Assembly: GCA_963760545.1 (NCBI GenBank)
Contig: CAVXDH010000002.1
Coordinates: 551,699 to 615,698 of the forward strand
DNA from: an uncultured Solirubrobacterales bacterium
Lineage (GTDB): Bacteria > Actinomycetota > Thermoleophilia > Solirubrobacterales > Solirubrobacteraceae
Direction: 5' to 3'
Length of the DNA stretch: 64,000 bases
The position numbers were made by a program, and so were the translations under genes. The notes beneath the pieces were generated by a model. It ran no database searches. It saw only the letters and a list, made by a program, of their open reading frames with translations, and was not told the origin of the DNA. Below, piece by piece: positions 17,468-26,753 of this stretch (the first letter of the stretch is position 1; each line of letters opens with the position of its first letter).

Positions 17468-19555
17468 ATGAGCGCACCGGCTGAGAACGACAACGGGCCT
17501 CTCGTGCGCGGTCCGCGACTGCTTGAGCGGATCGACGGTCCAGCCGATGTGCAGGTGCTCTCAGAGGATGAGCTGGCCCAGCTGGCGCAGGAGGTGCGCG
17601 AGCACATCATCGACACGGTCGGTGAGATCGGCGGGCACTTCGGCGCGAACCTGGGCACGTGCGAGCTGGCGGTGGCACTGCACTCGCTGCTCGATTCTCC
17701 GCGCGACAAGATCCTGTGGGATGTGGGCCATCAGGCCTACCCGCACAAGATCCTGACGGGACGTCGCGCGCAACTGCACACGATCCGCCAGTACGGCGGG
17801 CTGGCGCCGTTTTGCTCGATCGCGGAGTCCGCGCACGACATCATGGGCGCCGGTCACGCCTCGACCTCGATCGGGTATGCGGTCGGTTTGAAGGAGGGGA
17901 TGCGCCACCTGGACGATGAGGCGTCGGGCGGGAAGGTCGTAGCGGTGATCGGTGATGGCGCGATGACCGGGGGAGTGGCATTCGAGGCGATCGGCCAGGC
18001 GGGCGGTCTTGGAACGCCGATGGTGGTGGTGCTCAACGACAACGGCATGTCGATCGCTCCGAACGTGGGTGCCCTGTCTCGATATTTCAACCGCGTGCGG
18101 CTGAATCCCAAGCTGTGGCATGCGCGCTCGGGCGTGGAGGGTGGTCTCGCCCGACTGCCGGGCAGCATCGGCGCGGCATTCGAGCGCCTTGGCCCGCAGT
18201 TGAAGGAGTCGATCAAGGCGTTTTGGGCACCGGGCCTGTGGTGGGAGGAGCTTGACTGGGCCTATATGGGCGTGATCGACGGCCACGACGTGCGCGCGCT
18301 ACGGGTTGCGCTGCGCGAGGCGCTCGCTGCCGAACGCCCCGTGGTGGTGCACATCGCGACGGTCAAGGGCAAGGGCTTTGCGCCCGCCGAGGACGGCGGC
18401 CTGGAGGGGATGGAGAAGTGGCACGCAGCCAAGCCGAAGTCGATCTTGAATGGGGTGCCCACCCTTCCGCCGACGTCGCCGCCGGCACGGCCCACTGCGG
18501 CCTCCTCGACAGCCGCCAACGGCAAGCCGGCGCAGGATGGAGAAGCGCGGATGGTGGGGCAGGGTGGGGGAGCGCCTCAATACACGCAGGTGTTTGGCGA
18601 GGCACTTGTGCGCGAATGCGAACGCGACGAGCGGGTCGTTGGGATAACCGCGGCGATGAACTCGGGTACGGGCTTGAACATCTTGCAGAAGGCTATGCCG
18701 GGTCGGTATTTCGATGTCGGTATCGCCGAGCAGCAGGCTATTTTGTTTGCTGCTGGCCTCGCGCTTGGAGGGGTCAAGCCGGTGGCGGCGATCTACTCGA
18801 CTTTCCTGCAGCGCGCGTTCGATCAGATCGTGCACGACGTGTGCTTGCAGAAGCTGAACGTCGTGTTCGCAATGGATCGTGCCGGCCTGGTCGGCGACGA
18901 CGGGCCGACCCATCACGGCGCTTTCGACATCGCCTATCTGCGCTGCCTGCCCAATATCGTGTTGATGGCGCCACGTGACGAGGCACTGCTGGTGCACATG
19001 CTGCACACGGCGCTTTGCTACGACGACGGGCCGGTCGGGTTGCGCTACCCGCGCGGCGAGGGCGTCGGCGTGGCGCTGCCCGAGGCGCCACGCGCGATCC
19101 CGATCGGCAGAGGTGAGATCTTGCGCGAGGGAGGCGCGAGCGGGCCGGTCGGCGGACGCGTTGCGTTGGTCGGCTATGGGGCGGGGGTTGGCAAGGCGAT
19201 TTCTGCAGCAGATCTCTTGGCTGGCGATGGGATCGCCGTGACAGTTGCCGATGCGCGCTTTGCCAAGCCGATCGACACGGGCTTGATGGCTCAACTGGCT
19301 GCCGAGCACGACCTGCTCGTGACTGTCGAGGAGGGCGTGCTTGCGGGCGGGTTCGGCTCGGCGGTGTGGGAGGCTCTCAACGAGACGGGCGTGGCTCCGC
19401 CGCGGATCCTGCGCGTGGGGCTACCCGACCGCTATGTGACCCACGGCAAGCCCACGTTGCTGCATGAGGAGGTTGGGTTCACCGGCGAGCGCATAGCTGA
19501 GCGCGTGCGTGGGGCGATCACCGACCGTCGCTCCGCGGCGATCGAGACAAGCTAA
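17468..19555 (+). CDS. dxs: 1-deoxy-D-xylulose-5-phosphate synthase
   Basis: GGHFGANLGTCELAVALH, GDGAMTGGVAFEA and ILWDVGHQAYPHKILTGR. 695 aa including a Pro/Ala-rich linker insert. Confidence 0.95.
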   Translation: MSAPAENDNGPLVRGPRLLERIDGPADVQVLSEDELAQLAQEVREHIIDTVGEIGGHFGANLGTCELAVALHSLLDSPRDKILWDVGHQAYPHKILTGRRAQLHTIRQYGGLAPFCSIAESAHDIMGAGHASTSIGYAVGLKEGMRHLDDEASGGKVVAVIGDGAMTGGVAFEAIGQAGGLGTPMVVVLNDNGMSIAPNVGALSRYFNRVRLNPKLWHARSGVEGGLARLPGSIGAAFERLGPQLKESIKAFWAPGLWWEELDWAYMGVIDGHDVRALRVALREALAAERPVVVHIATVKGKGFAPAEDGGLEGMEKWHAAKPKSILNGVPTLPPTSPPARPTAASSTAANGKPAQDGEARMVGQGGGAPQYTQVFGEALVRECERDERVVGITAAMNSGTGLNILQKAMPGRYFDVGIAEQQAILFAAGLALGGVKPVAAIYSTFLQRAFDQIVHDVCLQKLNVVFAMDRAGLVGDDGPTHHGAFDIAYLRCLPNIVLMAPRDEALLVHMLHTALCYDDGPVGLRYPRGEGVGVALPEAPRAIPIGRGEILREGGASGPVGGRVALVGYGAGVGKAISAADLLAGDGIAVTVADARFAKPIDTGLMAQLAAEHDLLVTVEEGVLAGGFGSAVWEALNETGVAPPRILRVGLPDRYVTHGKPTLLHEEVGFTGERIAERVRGAITDRRSAAIETS

Positions 19556-19636
19556 GAGCAGAGAGAGACATTGCTCTGGCCGGCACATGGCGTGGCGGGC
19601 CTGATCGCATGTGCTATTTGAGCCGAGATGCTGTTC

Positions 19637-19708
19637 CTGTCGGCACATGTGCCGACAGGCCGGACCGTACATGTACGGTCCGGGACCGAGCCGCATGCGG
19701 CTCGGTCT
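19637..19708. repeat. three directly abutting perfect 24-nt palindromes, each centred on CATG
   Basis: cctgtcggcaCATGtgccgacagg (19637-19660), ccggaccgtaCATGtacggtccgg (19661-19684) and gaccgagccgCATGcggctcggtc (19685-19708). Each was checked to equal its own reverse complement. Confidence 0.95.
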
Positions 19709-19835
19709 TCCCTGAAGATAATGAGGGAGGACCGCAGCGCCGAGGGGTTAATGAAACGACCCGCTGGGGAGGCGGGCCGTTTCGGGGAGGAGGGATGCTG
19801 CTGTACTTCGGGTCGAGAGGAATCATGCATCACAC

Positions 19836-19849
19836 GAACGCATGTTTGT
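19836..19849. promoter_or_regulatory. GAAC-N4-GTT LexA-box-like motif inside a 28-nt imperfect palindrome
   Basis: CGAACGCATGTTTG lies within catcacacgaac gcat gtttgtgtgatg (19829-19856). It shares the 12-nt core CGAACGCATGTT with the site at 42929. Confidence 0.3.
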
Positions 19850-20005
19850 GTGATGTCGATCACATATGGGCGATCTCTATATAAGCGACATAGTAGATAT
19901 CCCGAATTCTTTGGTTTGCTCGAACTTGTGAGGTTCGTCGCAACTCGCAGCCGCTACGCGGAGACCCTGCCAAGCGCTCCGAGCGGCTACCGTCTTATCA
20001 CCGCG

Positions 20006-20809
20006 ATGGCCACCAAGCAACGTCTGGACACCCTGCTGGCCGAGCGCGGCCTATTTTCCTCGCGTACGCGGGCCGCTGCATCGGTGATGGCGGGCGAGGT
20101 CACGGTTGGTCGCGATGGCCGTCGTGCCGCCAAGCCCGGCGAGATGGTCGCGGTGGATACTGAGCTTGCGGTGCGCGAGCGCGCCCCATTTGTCTCGCGT
20201 GGTGGGATCAAGCTCGCCAACGCGCTGGACGCGTTTGGAATCGAGGTCGGGGGGCGGCAAGCGTTGGACGTGGGCGCCTCGACCGGTGGCTTCACCGACT
20301 GCCTGCTGCAGCGCGGCGCCGCGCACGTCATCGCGGTTGACGTCGGCTACGGGGATCTCGACTACGGGCTGCGCACCGATTCGCGCGTGACGCTGCTGGA
20401 GCGCACGAACGCTCGTTCGCTGACACGCGAGATGCTTCCCTATGCACCCGAGCTGGTGGTGCTCGACGTGTCGTTCATCTCACTGCGCAAGGTACTTCCG
20501 TCAGTGCTCGAATGCTTGGCCGACCGTCATGACGTGCTCGCGCTCGTAAAGCCACAGTTCGAGGTGGGACGCGAGCGAGTCGGCAAGGGCGGCGTGGTCC
20601 GCTCGGCAGCGGATCGGCGCACCGCGCTCGTGGACGTCGGGGTCAGCGCTCTAGAGCTCGGCGCCACGGTGCTCGGCTATCGCTCATCTGGCCTGCCCGG
20701 CCCCAAGGGCAACCTCGAGACGTTCGTGTGGCTTGCCGAGCCCGGTCGCGGTACTGGCGCCGATGGGGCGCACGACATCGAGCTTATGACACTGGGGGTA
20801 GAGCCTTGA
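20006..20809 (+). CDS. tlyA: TlyA family rRNA 2'-O-methyltransferase (hemolysin A-like)
   Basis: An S4 domain (RLDTLLAERGLFSSRTRAAASVMAGEVTV) and an FtsJ-like SAM motif (ALDVGASTGGFTDCLLQRGA). Start at the internal ATG, since the upstream part of the ORF crosses the palindrome array. Confidence 0.85.
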   Translation: MATKQRLDTLLAERGLFSSRTRAAASVMAGEVTVGRDGRRAAKPGEMVAVDTELAVRERAPFVSRGGIKLANALDAFGIEVGGRQALDVGASTGGFTDCLLQRGAAHVIAVDVGYGDLDYGLRTDSRVTLLERTNARSLTREMLPYAPELVVLDVSFISLRKVLPSVLECLADRHDVLALVKPQFEVGRERVGKGGVVRSAADRRTALVDVGVSALELGATVLGYRSSGLPGPKGNLETFVWLAEPGRGTGADGAHDIELMTLGVEP

Positions 20810-20853
20810 GCAGCGGCGTCAAACCCAGCGTTGACGTCGATCCGGTCGATGAG

Positions 20854-21726
20854 ATGCGCCAGCCCCCCGCGGCGCGCGCGGTACGCGACGTTTCGGTTCT
20901 TACCCACAACCGTCCCCTCCAAACGGCCCATGCGCTGGAGGCTCTAATGGATGCAGCGCTGCGCGCGGACGTTACGCTGCACTTCGACCGCAACGAGACC
21001 GACAAGCACCGGCTCAGCGCGCGCGAGGGCGTGGTCGTGGGCACGGCCGAGAACGACACAGTCGATTTGTGCATCGTGCTCGGCGGCGATGGCACGATCT
21101 TGCGCGCATTGCGCCGCTACACCGGCACGGGCGTGCCCGTGTTCGCGGTCAATTTCGGCGACATCGGATTCCTTGCAACAATCGAGCCGGACGAGCTGGC
21201 CGAGGGCGTCAGGCGGGCGTTTGAGAGCGACTTCGAGTTGTTGAGGCTGCCAGCAATCGTGCTCGATGCTCCCACGGGGCTTGAGCGCGCGATCAACGAC
21301 GTGGCGATCCATCGCAAGGTCGGGGAGCGCGTCGCCGAGATTGCCTATGTACTTGACGGCGAGGAACTTGGCAGCGTGCGCTGCGATGGCCTGGTTGTCG
21401 CCACCCCGGCCGGCTCCACCGGCTATAACCTCGCCAACGGAGGCCCAGTGATGGCGTGGGGCGTAGAAGGGTTCGTGGTGTCGTTCATCGCGCCCCATTC
21501 GCTCACGGCCCGCACGCTCGTCGCCGCTCCAAAAGACCGCCTGGAGATCCATAACCGCTCACGTGAGGCGCTTGACGTGTCTGTCGACGGTCGGCCGGTG
21601 TGTGAGATCGCGCCGGGCGCAAGGATCAACGCAAGGTTCCTCAACGACGCCGGGGTGATCGCACAGCTGCCCGACTCCTCGTTCTATCGTCGGCTGCGCG
21701 AGAAGTTCGGTCGCCTAGCGCGCTAG
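20854..21726 (+). CDS. nadK: NAD kinase
   Basis: VDLCIVLGGDGTILRA, the GGDG motif, and ATPAGSTGYNLANGGP. The start is ambiguous: ATG at 20854, or TTG at 20806 overlapping the tlyA stop. Confidence 0.85.
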   Translation: MRQPPAARAVRDVSVLTHNRPLQTAHALEALMDAALRADVTLHFDRNETDKHRLSAREGVVVGTAENDTVDLCIVLGGDGTILRALRRYTGTGVPVFAVNFGDIGFLATIEPDELAEGVRRAFESDFELLRLPAIVLDAPTGLERAINDVAIHRKVGERVAEIAYVLDGEELGSVRCDGLVVATPAGSTGYNLANGGPVMAWGVEGFVVSFIAPHSLTARTLVAAPKDRLEIHNRSREALDVSVDGRPVCEIAPGARINARFLNDAGVIAQLPDSSFYRRLREKFGRLAR

Positions 21727-21807
21727 GGCTCACGCGGACCCTGGGCGCGAGGTAAAGACACCGGTGTGAGTGGACTGCGCGCGGCCTTAGCGGCCACAGA
21801 GAGGCTC

Positions 21808-22050
21808 TCAGGCGACGTTGCGGTCGTGCTTGGGAGCCGTCTTCTCGTCGGTGCGGTGCAACGACTGGATGAACCGGTCGAGCTGCTCGCGCGAGAAGCG
21901 GCGCTGGCCCCCCGGCGTCCTATAGCCAGTCAAGTAGCCGGCATTGCTCCAGCGGCGGATCGTCGCCAGCGACACGCCGAGATAGCGCGCAGCCTGTGAG
22001 CTGGTGAAGATCAGCTGGCTCTCGTGGTCGGGGTTGGAGGTGGTGGACAT
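21808..22050 (-). CDS. small MerR/excisionase-type HTH DNA-binding protein (BldC-like)
   Basis: An 80-aa product. IFTSSQAARYLGVSLATIRRWSNAGYLTGYRTPGGQRRFSREQLDRFI resembles the remembered excisionase-family HTH of BldC. Confidence 0.7.
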   Translation of the reverse strand: MSTTSNPDHESQLIFTSSQAARYLGVSLATIRRWSNAGYLTGYRTPGGQRRFSREQLDRFIQSLHRTDEKTAPKHDRNVA

Positions 22051-22479
22051 CTTGGCCTCGTGTTCGTGTGGTTCTCGCCAGATGGCAGTTTCGCACGAGC
22101 CCGCAAACCTGTTGCGGTGCCCGGATGCATAGAGATTCGGCAATCTGCCCGCAAAGGTTGAGTCCACCGCAGCTTTGTGGACCTTTGATCGGGAAAGACG
22201 CCTCATGGCCACACGCTCGCCTGATGCAAGCGTAGAAACCACCACATGTGGAGGAGAACCCGTCCGCTGTCGCGCGGAAAACCCTCTGCTTGCAAGCAAG
22301 CATGCAGTCGTTTGTCCAAGGTGGACAAATCGTCTAATCCATATAGTATGCTGCGCAAACCTACTCAACTCTCGTCGTGCTTGGCTGAGGATGGAGGCCG
22401 TTGCACGGGCGCGAGTTGATCCGCCCGCGTGACGGAAGGAGCCTCAATATGCCCTGGAAAGGCTAAGGAAATTTTATGT

Positions 22480-22542
22480 GATCGTCGAAAATCGACGATC
22501 CGCAAGGATGGGGCACTGGCCAAGCTTGGCCGGTGCCCCATC
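22480..22542 (-). terminator. two hairpins downstream of the HD-GYP gene (probable terminators)
   Basis: A 36-nt near-perfect palindrome, gatggggcactggccaagcttggccggtgccccatc (22507-22542), and gatcgtcgaaaatcgacgatc (22480-22500) followed on the minus strand by an A/T-rich run. Confidence 0.5.
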
Positions 22543-22610
22543 CGTTGTACAGCGCTCTGTTCCTATGCGAGCCTAGCCGCCTCGCGTGCGGCCGGCTCCT
22601 CGCAGACCGT

Positions 22611-24002
22611 CTAGCGTGATGCCGGCTGCGCCAGCGCGCGGGTGCGGCGCTCGAAGGACAGCTCAGCCTCGAAGTTGGCGTCGTCGCCATGGGCAAACGT
22701 CACCGGACCCTCTCGCTCGAGCATCGTCACGAAAGCATCCACGATCTCGGAGTCGAGCTGACGCCCCGCAACGCGTCGCAACTCGGCGATCGCATCCTGG
22801 GGGATCATCGGCGAGCGGTAGGAGTCGCGCGCGGTAAGCGTGTCATACACGCTGCACACCGCGACGATACGAGACGCAAGCGGGATCTCGCTGCCAATCA
22901 GACCGGCCGGGTAGCCACTGCCATCCACGTGCTCGTGGTGATAGAGGATCGCGTCAGCCACTGGCCCATAGCCATCGAGGCGTCCCACGAGCGTTGCGCC
23001 GTCCTGCGGATGACGTCGCACCAGCGCCCAATCGTCGTCGGAGAGAATCTCGGCATGCAGGATACGGTCGGGAAGCGCGAACTTGCCAATGTCATGAAGT
23101 AGCCCCGCCGTATGTACGAGCTCCTGCTCGCCCTCGCTGCACCCCACCTCACGCGCCAGCGCGCGCGCATAGCGAGCCACCGCTGCCGCGTGACGCGCGG
23201 TCGTGCGGTCTCTGAGCGCAAGGGTCTCCACCAGCGTTGCGAGCATTCCCAGCTGCATCGAGGCCAGCCGCACCGAGCGCGCCTCAAGCTGTTCGGCGCG
23301 GTCCTCTGAGCGCAGCAGTGCGCGGGCCAGATACTGGAAGATCAGGATCACGATGACCACCCCGACCAGTGCCGGGTAGCCGAGGTTGGTGTAGGCCACC
23401 GCTAGCACCGCCGCAAGGATCGAAGCGGCGCACTCGACTGGGAGCATCGGGATCAGCAGCGTGCGTACCTGCATGACCAGTCCGCGACCGTCCAGCACGC
23501 GCTTTTGCAGTGCGATCAGCCCGAAGTTCACGATGTTCGTCACGATGAAAACACCGGCCACGATCAGCGCGAATTCCACGCCTTGGGTGCTTTGCGCGAC
23601 GCTTGGATCGTGCACATTGCCGATGATCGCTCGCACCATCAGTGCGCCCAGCAGCGAGAAGGCCATGTAGGCGGCCGTATTGGATACGCAAACGGCCATC
23701 GAGGGGCGACGCGAGAAACAGTCCACCGCTGCCAGTACAAAGGCGATCGCGACGGCCGGTGTGGGTCCCAGCAGGGCCATCGCCAGCGCAAACGCGACAA
23801 ACGAGGAAGACAGCGTTTGGCTGCCGATTGTGACCGTCAGCCGCTCGCCGAGCACGCCCAGCACGACCAGCAGTCCGACCATGTCCAGCGGCTGCCAGTC
23901 CTGCCAGTGCGACAGCAGCGCCGCGGCGACCGTCACCCCGGCCAGTAGCATCCATTGGCTGGTCAGATATGCCCGGTAGATGTGTCGCTGGGAGATTTTC
24001 AT
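22611..24002 (-). CDS. polytopic membrane HD-GYP domain protein
   Basis: ARHAAAVARYA...LLHDIGKF...HHEHVDGSGYPAGL, preceded by about 7 predicted TM helices. Confidence 0.8.
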   Translation of the reverse strand: MKISQRHIYRAYLTSQWMLLAGVTVAAALLSHWQDWQPLDMVGLLVVLGVLGERLTVTIGSQTLSSSFVAFALAMALLGPTPAVAIAFVLAAVDCFSRRPSMAVCVSNTAAYMAFSLLGALMVRAIIGNVHDPSVAQSTQGVEFALIVAGVFIVTNIVNFGLIALQKRVLDGRGLVMQVRTLLIPMLPVECAASILAAVLAVAYTNLGYPALVGVVIVILIFQYLARALLRSEDRAEQLEARSVRLASMQLGMLATLVETLALRDRTTARHAAAVARYARALAREVGCSEGEQELVHTAGLLHDIGKFALPDRILHAEILSDDDWALVRRHPQDGATLVGRLDGYGPVADAILYHHEHVDGSGYPAGLIGSEIPLASRIVAVCSVYDTLTARDSYRSPMIPQDAIAELRRVAGRQLDSEIVDAFVTMLEREGPVTFAHGDDANFEAELSFERRTRALAQPASR

Positions 24003-24132
24003 GGCGAATGGCCAAGCCGTGGGCCCTCTGTCGTACTTAACGGCCGACAGGGGGTCGTACTTAAGGATCGTCGGATGACGCGCGCCGCTGTGTTGGGAGA
24101 CCGTCTCGGTGGCGCTCTCCGGGATGTGTAGG

Positions 24133-25422
24133 TCAGCCCACCGGCTGCTGGGTCGGGGCGATCAATCCCGAGTCCCCGCCAACGGCGACCTGAGCCTGGC
24201 CGACGGGTAGCAGCCGACCGAGTGGCAGGCGAAGGAAGGCGACTGTCGCACACGTCGCGACGCCCCCCGCGACGACCATCGCCACCCGTGGAGAGGCTAG
24301 TGCGGTGATGGTTCCTCCCAGCGCAAACCCGATCGCCGGGCACAGAGCATTGAGCGATCCGACAACGCTCATCAGCCGCCCGTGCAGCTCCGCGGGAGTG
24401 AGCTGTTGAACGGCACTGATGAGTGCCGGCCATTGGATACCGTTGCCGGCGCCGCCGATGACGGCGGCCACGCACGCGAGCGCAAGCGTCGGCGCGATCG
24501 CAAAGCCAAGGTAGGCCAGTCCGACTAGCAACGTTCCACCGGTAAGCATCGGTCCCAGTGGGCGACGTACCGAGAATGAGAATACGACGGCCCCAAGCGC
24601 CGCGCCGAAGCCCCACGCTGCCACAAGCAGCCCGAAGCCGAGATCTCCGCCATTCAGCGTGGCCTTCACGTAGATCACCTCGACTGGCTCCACCGAGGCG
24701 AAGAAGATCACCGCCACGGCCTCTGTCAACAGTAGGATGCGCAACGCTGGCACCGCCTGCAGGTGCTGCCAGGCAGTACGCAAACGAGTGAGGGTCGAGC
24801 CTTCCTCCTCCGCATCCTCGGCTCGAGTGCGAAGACCAATCATCATCAACGCGCAAATCGCGAAGGTGAGTGCGTCGGCGATCAGTGCAGCCGGACCACC
24901 AGCCCAATGCACAAGCAGGCCTCCGATCGCCGGTCCAAGCGCAAGCGACACCATGAAGGCAACGTTGAGCGAGGCGTTGGCCCGTCGCTGGGCCTCGTTG
25001 GTCGTGCGGGTGTCGGTCGAGATCTCCACTTCGGCGGCAGCGATGCGCGCAGTCGAAGCTCTCACGAAGGCCGTGGCAGCAACCGCCACCGTGCCGTCCA
25101 AGGCCGCAAACAACAGCACTCCGAGGAACCAAAAATGCCACAACAGGAACGCGAGCGCGAGTGTGAGCAATACCTCTATCGCATACAGGCCAGCAAGCAG
25201 TCTGCGCCGTTTGGAGCGCTCGACGCGAGCCACCAGCACCGGGGCCGCGAGTGCCGGCAACAGACCCCGCGCGATGAACAGACCGGCTGTGGCGATCGCA
25301 CTGTGCGTATGGTCGTAGACGCCCAGAGCCAAAGCGACATACCCGAACCAGGTCCCCAGTTCGTTGACCGTGTAGGCAAACAGTATTCTCCGAAGTCGGG
25401 GGGACTTGGGCAACAAGGACAC
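24133..25422 (-). CDS. MFS transporter
   Basis: 429 aa with about 12 hydrophobic segments and an enterobactin-exporter-like N-terminus (FAYTVNELGTWFGYVALAL). Confidence 0.8.
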   Translation of the reverse strand: MSLLPKSPRLRRILFAYTVNELGTWFGYVALALGVYDHTHSAIATAGLFIARGLLPALAAPVLVARVERSKRRRLLAGLYAIEVLLTLALAFLLWHFWFLGVLLFAALDGTVAVAATAFVRASTARIAAAEVEISTDTRTTNEAQRRANASLNVAFMVSLALGPAIGGLLVHWAGGPAALIADALTFAICALMMIGLRTRAEDAEEEGSTLTRLRTAWQHLQAVPALRILLLTEAVAVIFFASVEPVEVIYVKATLNGGDLGFGLLVAAWGFGAALGAVVFSFSVRRPLGPMLTGGTLLVGLAYLGFAIAPTLALACVAAVIGGAGNGIQWPALISAVQQLTPAELHGRLMSVVGSLNALCPAIGFALGGTITALASPRVAMVVAGGVATCATVAFLRLPLGRLLPVGQAQVAVGGDSGLIAPTQQPVG

Positions 25423-26094
25423 CTCTCGACGCTCGTGCCAAATCGACCTGGGGTGGTCGAATCGGCGGAATTGTACGGTGCGCCGGAGACGTCACGCCGT
25501 CAAGCGCCGCCTGGGCCGCCATATTGACCATTGCGAGGACGCTAAAGCGAGACCGCGCCGACATCTCCCGTGGGGCCGTTCAGCTCACCTAGGGAGACGA
25601 CCGGCAGCGTCGGGCTCAGCGGTGATCTTTGCGCGCTCATCGGTGCGCGGGAAACGCCGATGAGCGAACGCCGATGGCGTAAACGTCCAGCAAGCCCGAC
25701 CCGCCGTCGATTGCAAGACCAGCGGACTCGGCCTCCGGCTCGCAGGCGGCCGCCGCCCTCGCAAAGGCCGACAGCGCGACCATGCTAAGCCACGATATGA
25801 CGATCCACGCGATCGCAACACCGATGTCAACCATGGTTGCGACTCCAGCCTCTCGCGGGTGAGCGAGTTGGATTATGAGAGAAATGTGGCATCGCTCACG
25901 TAATGATGGTGTCCGTAAGGTCGCTTGTCTGTAGAGCGACAGGTGCCGATCTTGTCGTCCCAAAGGTGCCGCTTCGTGTCGTCCCGAGCGTGCACTTGGC
26001 CGCGTGGAGCTAGGCTCGCACGTGGATGCTTGAGCTCCGGTGCCTGCGATGCTCTCATCGATGTCGTCCGCCAAGCCTGTACGGTTAGCGGTAC

Positions 26095-26751
26095 ATGGCG
26101 GTTGAAGCTCCCGGTGTGGACCGGCCCATCGACGTGATCATCGCCGACGACCACACGGTCGTTCGGGACGGCATTCGTGCGGTGTTGGAGCGCGAGACAG
26201 GCGAGTTCAGGGTGATTGCCGAGGCGGCCGACGTGCCCGCGACGATCCGTGCGGTGAGAGAGTTCAAGCCCGATCTGCTCACGCTCGACCTCACGATGCC
26301 CGGCGGATCGAGCCTCGCGGCGCTGCCAACCTGCTTTGTGGCCCACCCCACGCTCGCGGTGGCGATCCTCACGATGCGCGAGGATCCCGAGTATGCGCGC
26401 CAGGCGCTGCGCGCCGGCGCGCGCAGCTACGTGCTCAAGGAGGCAGAGCCGGCCGAGCTGCTACAAGCGTTTCGTCTGGCCGTCTCCGGTCGCAATTATC
26501 TGCATCCGCGTCTGGGTGCGCTAATGGCAACCGGTGAAAGCGATGGACAGGAGGGGGTGGCCCTCAGCGAGCGCGAGCGCGAGGTGGTGCGCCTGATCGC
26601 GTTGGGCTTCACCAACCCAGAGATCGCCGAACAGCTGCACGTGGCCGAGCGCACCGTGAAGACCTATCGCGCGCGCGCCATCGAGAAGCTCGGGTTCTCA
26701 TCGCGGGCGGAGATAACCGCCTACGCGCGCAAGCTGGGCCTTGTGGAGTAG
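26095..26751 (+). CDS. NarL/LuxR-family response regulator
   Basis: A receiver domain (VIIADDHTVVRDG...DLLTLDLTMPG) and a LuxR HTH (LSEREREVVRLIALGFTNPEIAEQLHVAERTVKTYR). Confidence 0.9.
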   Translation: MAVEAPGVDRPIDVIIADDHTVVRDGIRAVLERETGEFRVIAEAADVPATIRAVREFKPDLLTLDLTMPGGSSLAALPTCFVAHPTLAVAILTMREDPEYARQALRAGARSYVLKEAEPAELLQAFRLAVSGRNYLHPRLGALMATGESDGQEGVALSEREREVVRLIALGFTNPEIAEQLHVAERTVKTYRARAIEKLGFSSRAEITAYARKLGLVE

Positions 26752-26753
26752 AC

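Noticed and set aside
19921-19938. tCGAACttgtgagGTTCGt inverted repeat before tlyA
   Set aside because: The arms match a LexA box but the spacer is 7 nt instead of 4, so it is not called as an SOS box.
19628-20005. Upstream part of the 393-aa ORF leading into tlyA, including a Cys-rich stretch (GEEGCCCTSGREESC)
   Set aside because: It reads through the three palindromes and other hairpins. The TlyA S4 domain begins at the ATG at 20006, so the stretch is treated as non-coding.
23999-25564. 521-aa minus-strand ORF overlapping the MFS transporter gene
   Set aside because: Its alternative frame is extremely Arg/Gly/Pro-rich with no TM pattern. The 24133-25422 frame gives a clean 12-TM MFS protein.
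25637-25834. 65-aa minus-strand ORF with one hydrophobic segment (MVDIGVAIAWIVISWLSMVAL...) in the MFS/response-regulator gap
   Set aside because: It is short, has a weak RBS and no motif. It cannot be distinguished from chance in this GC context.
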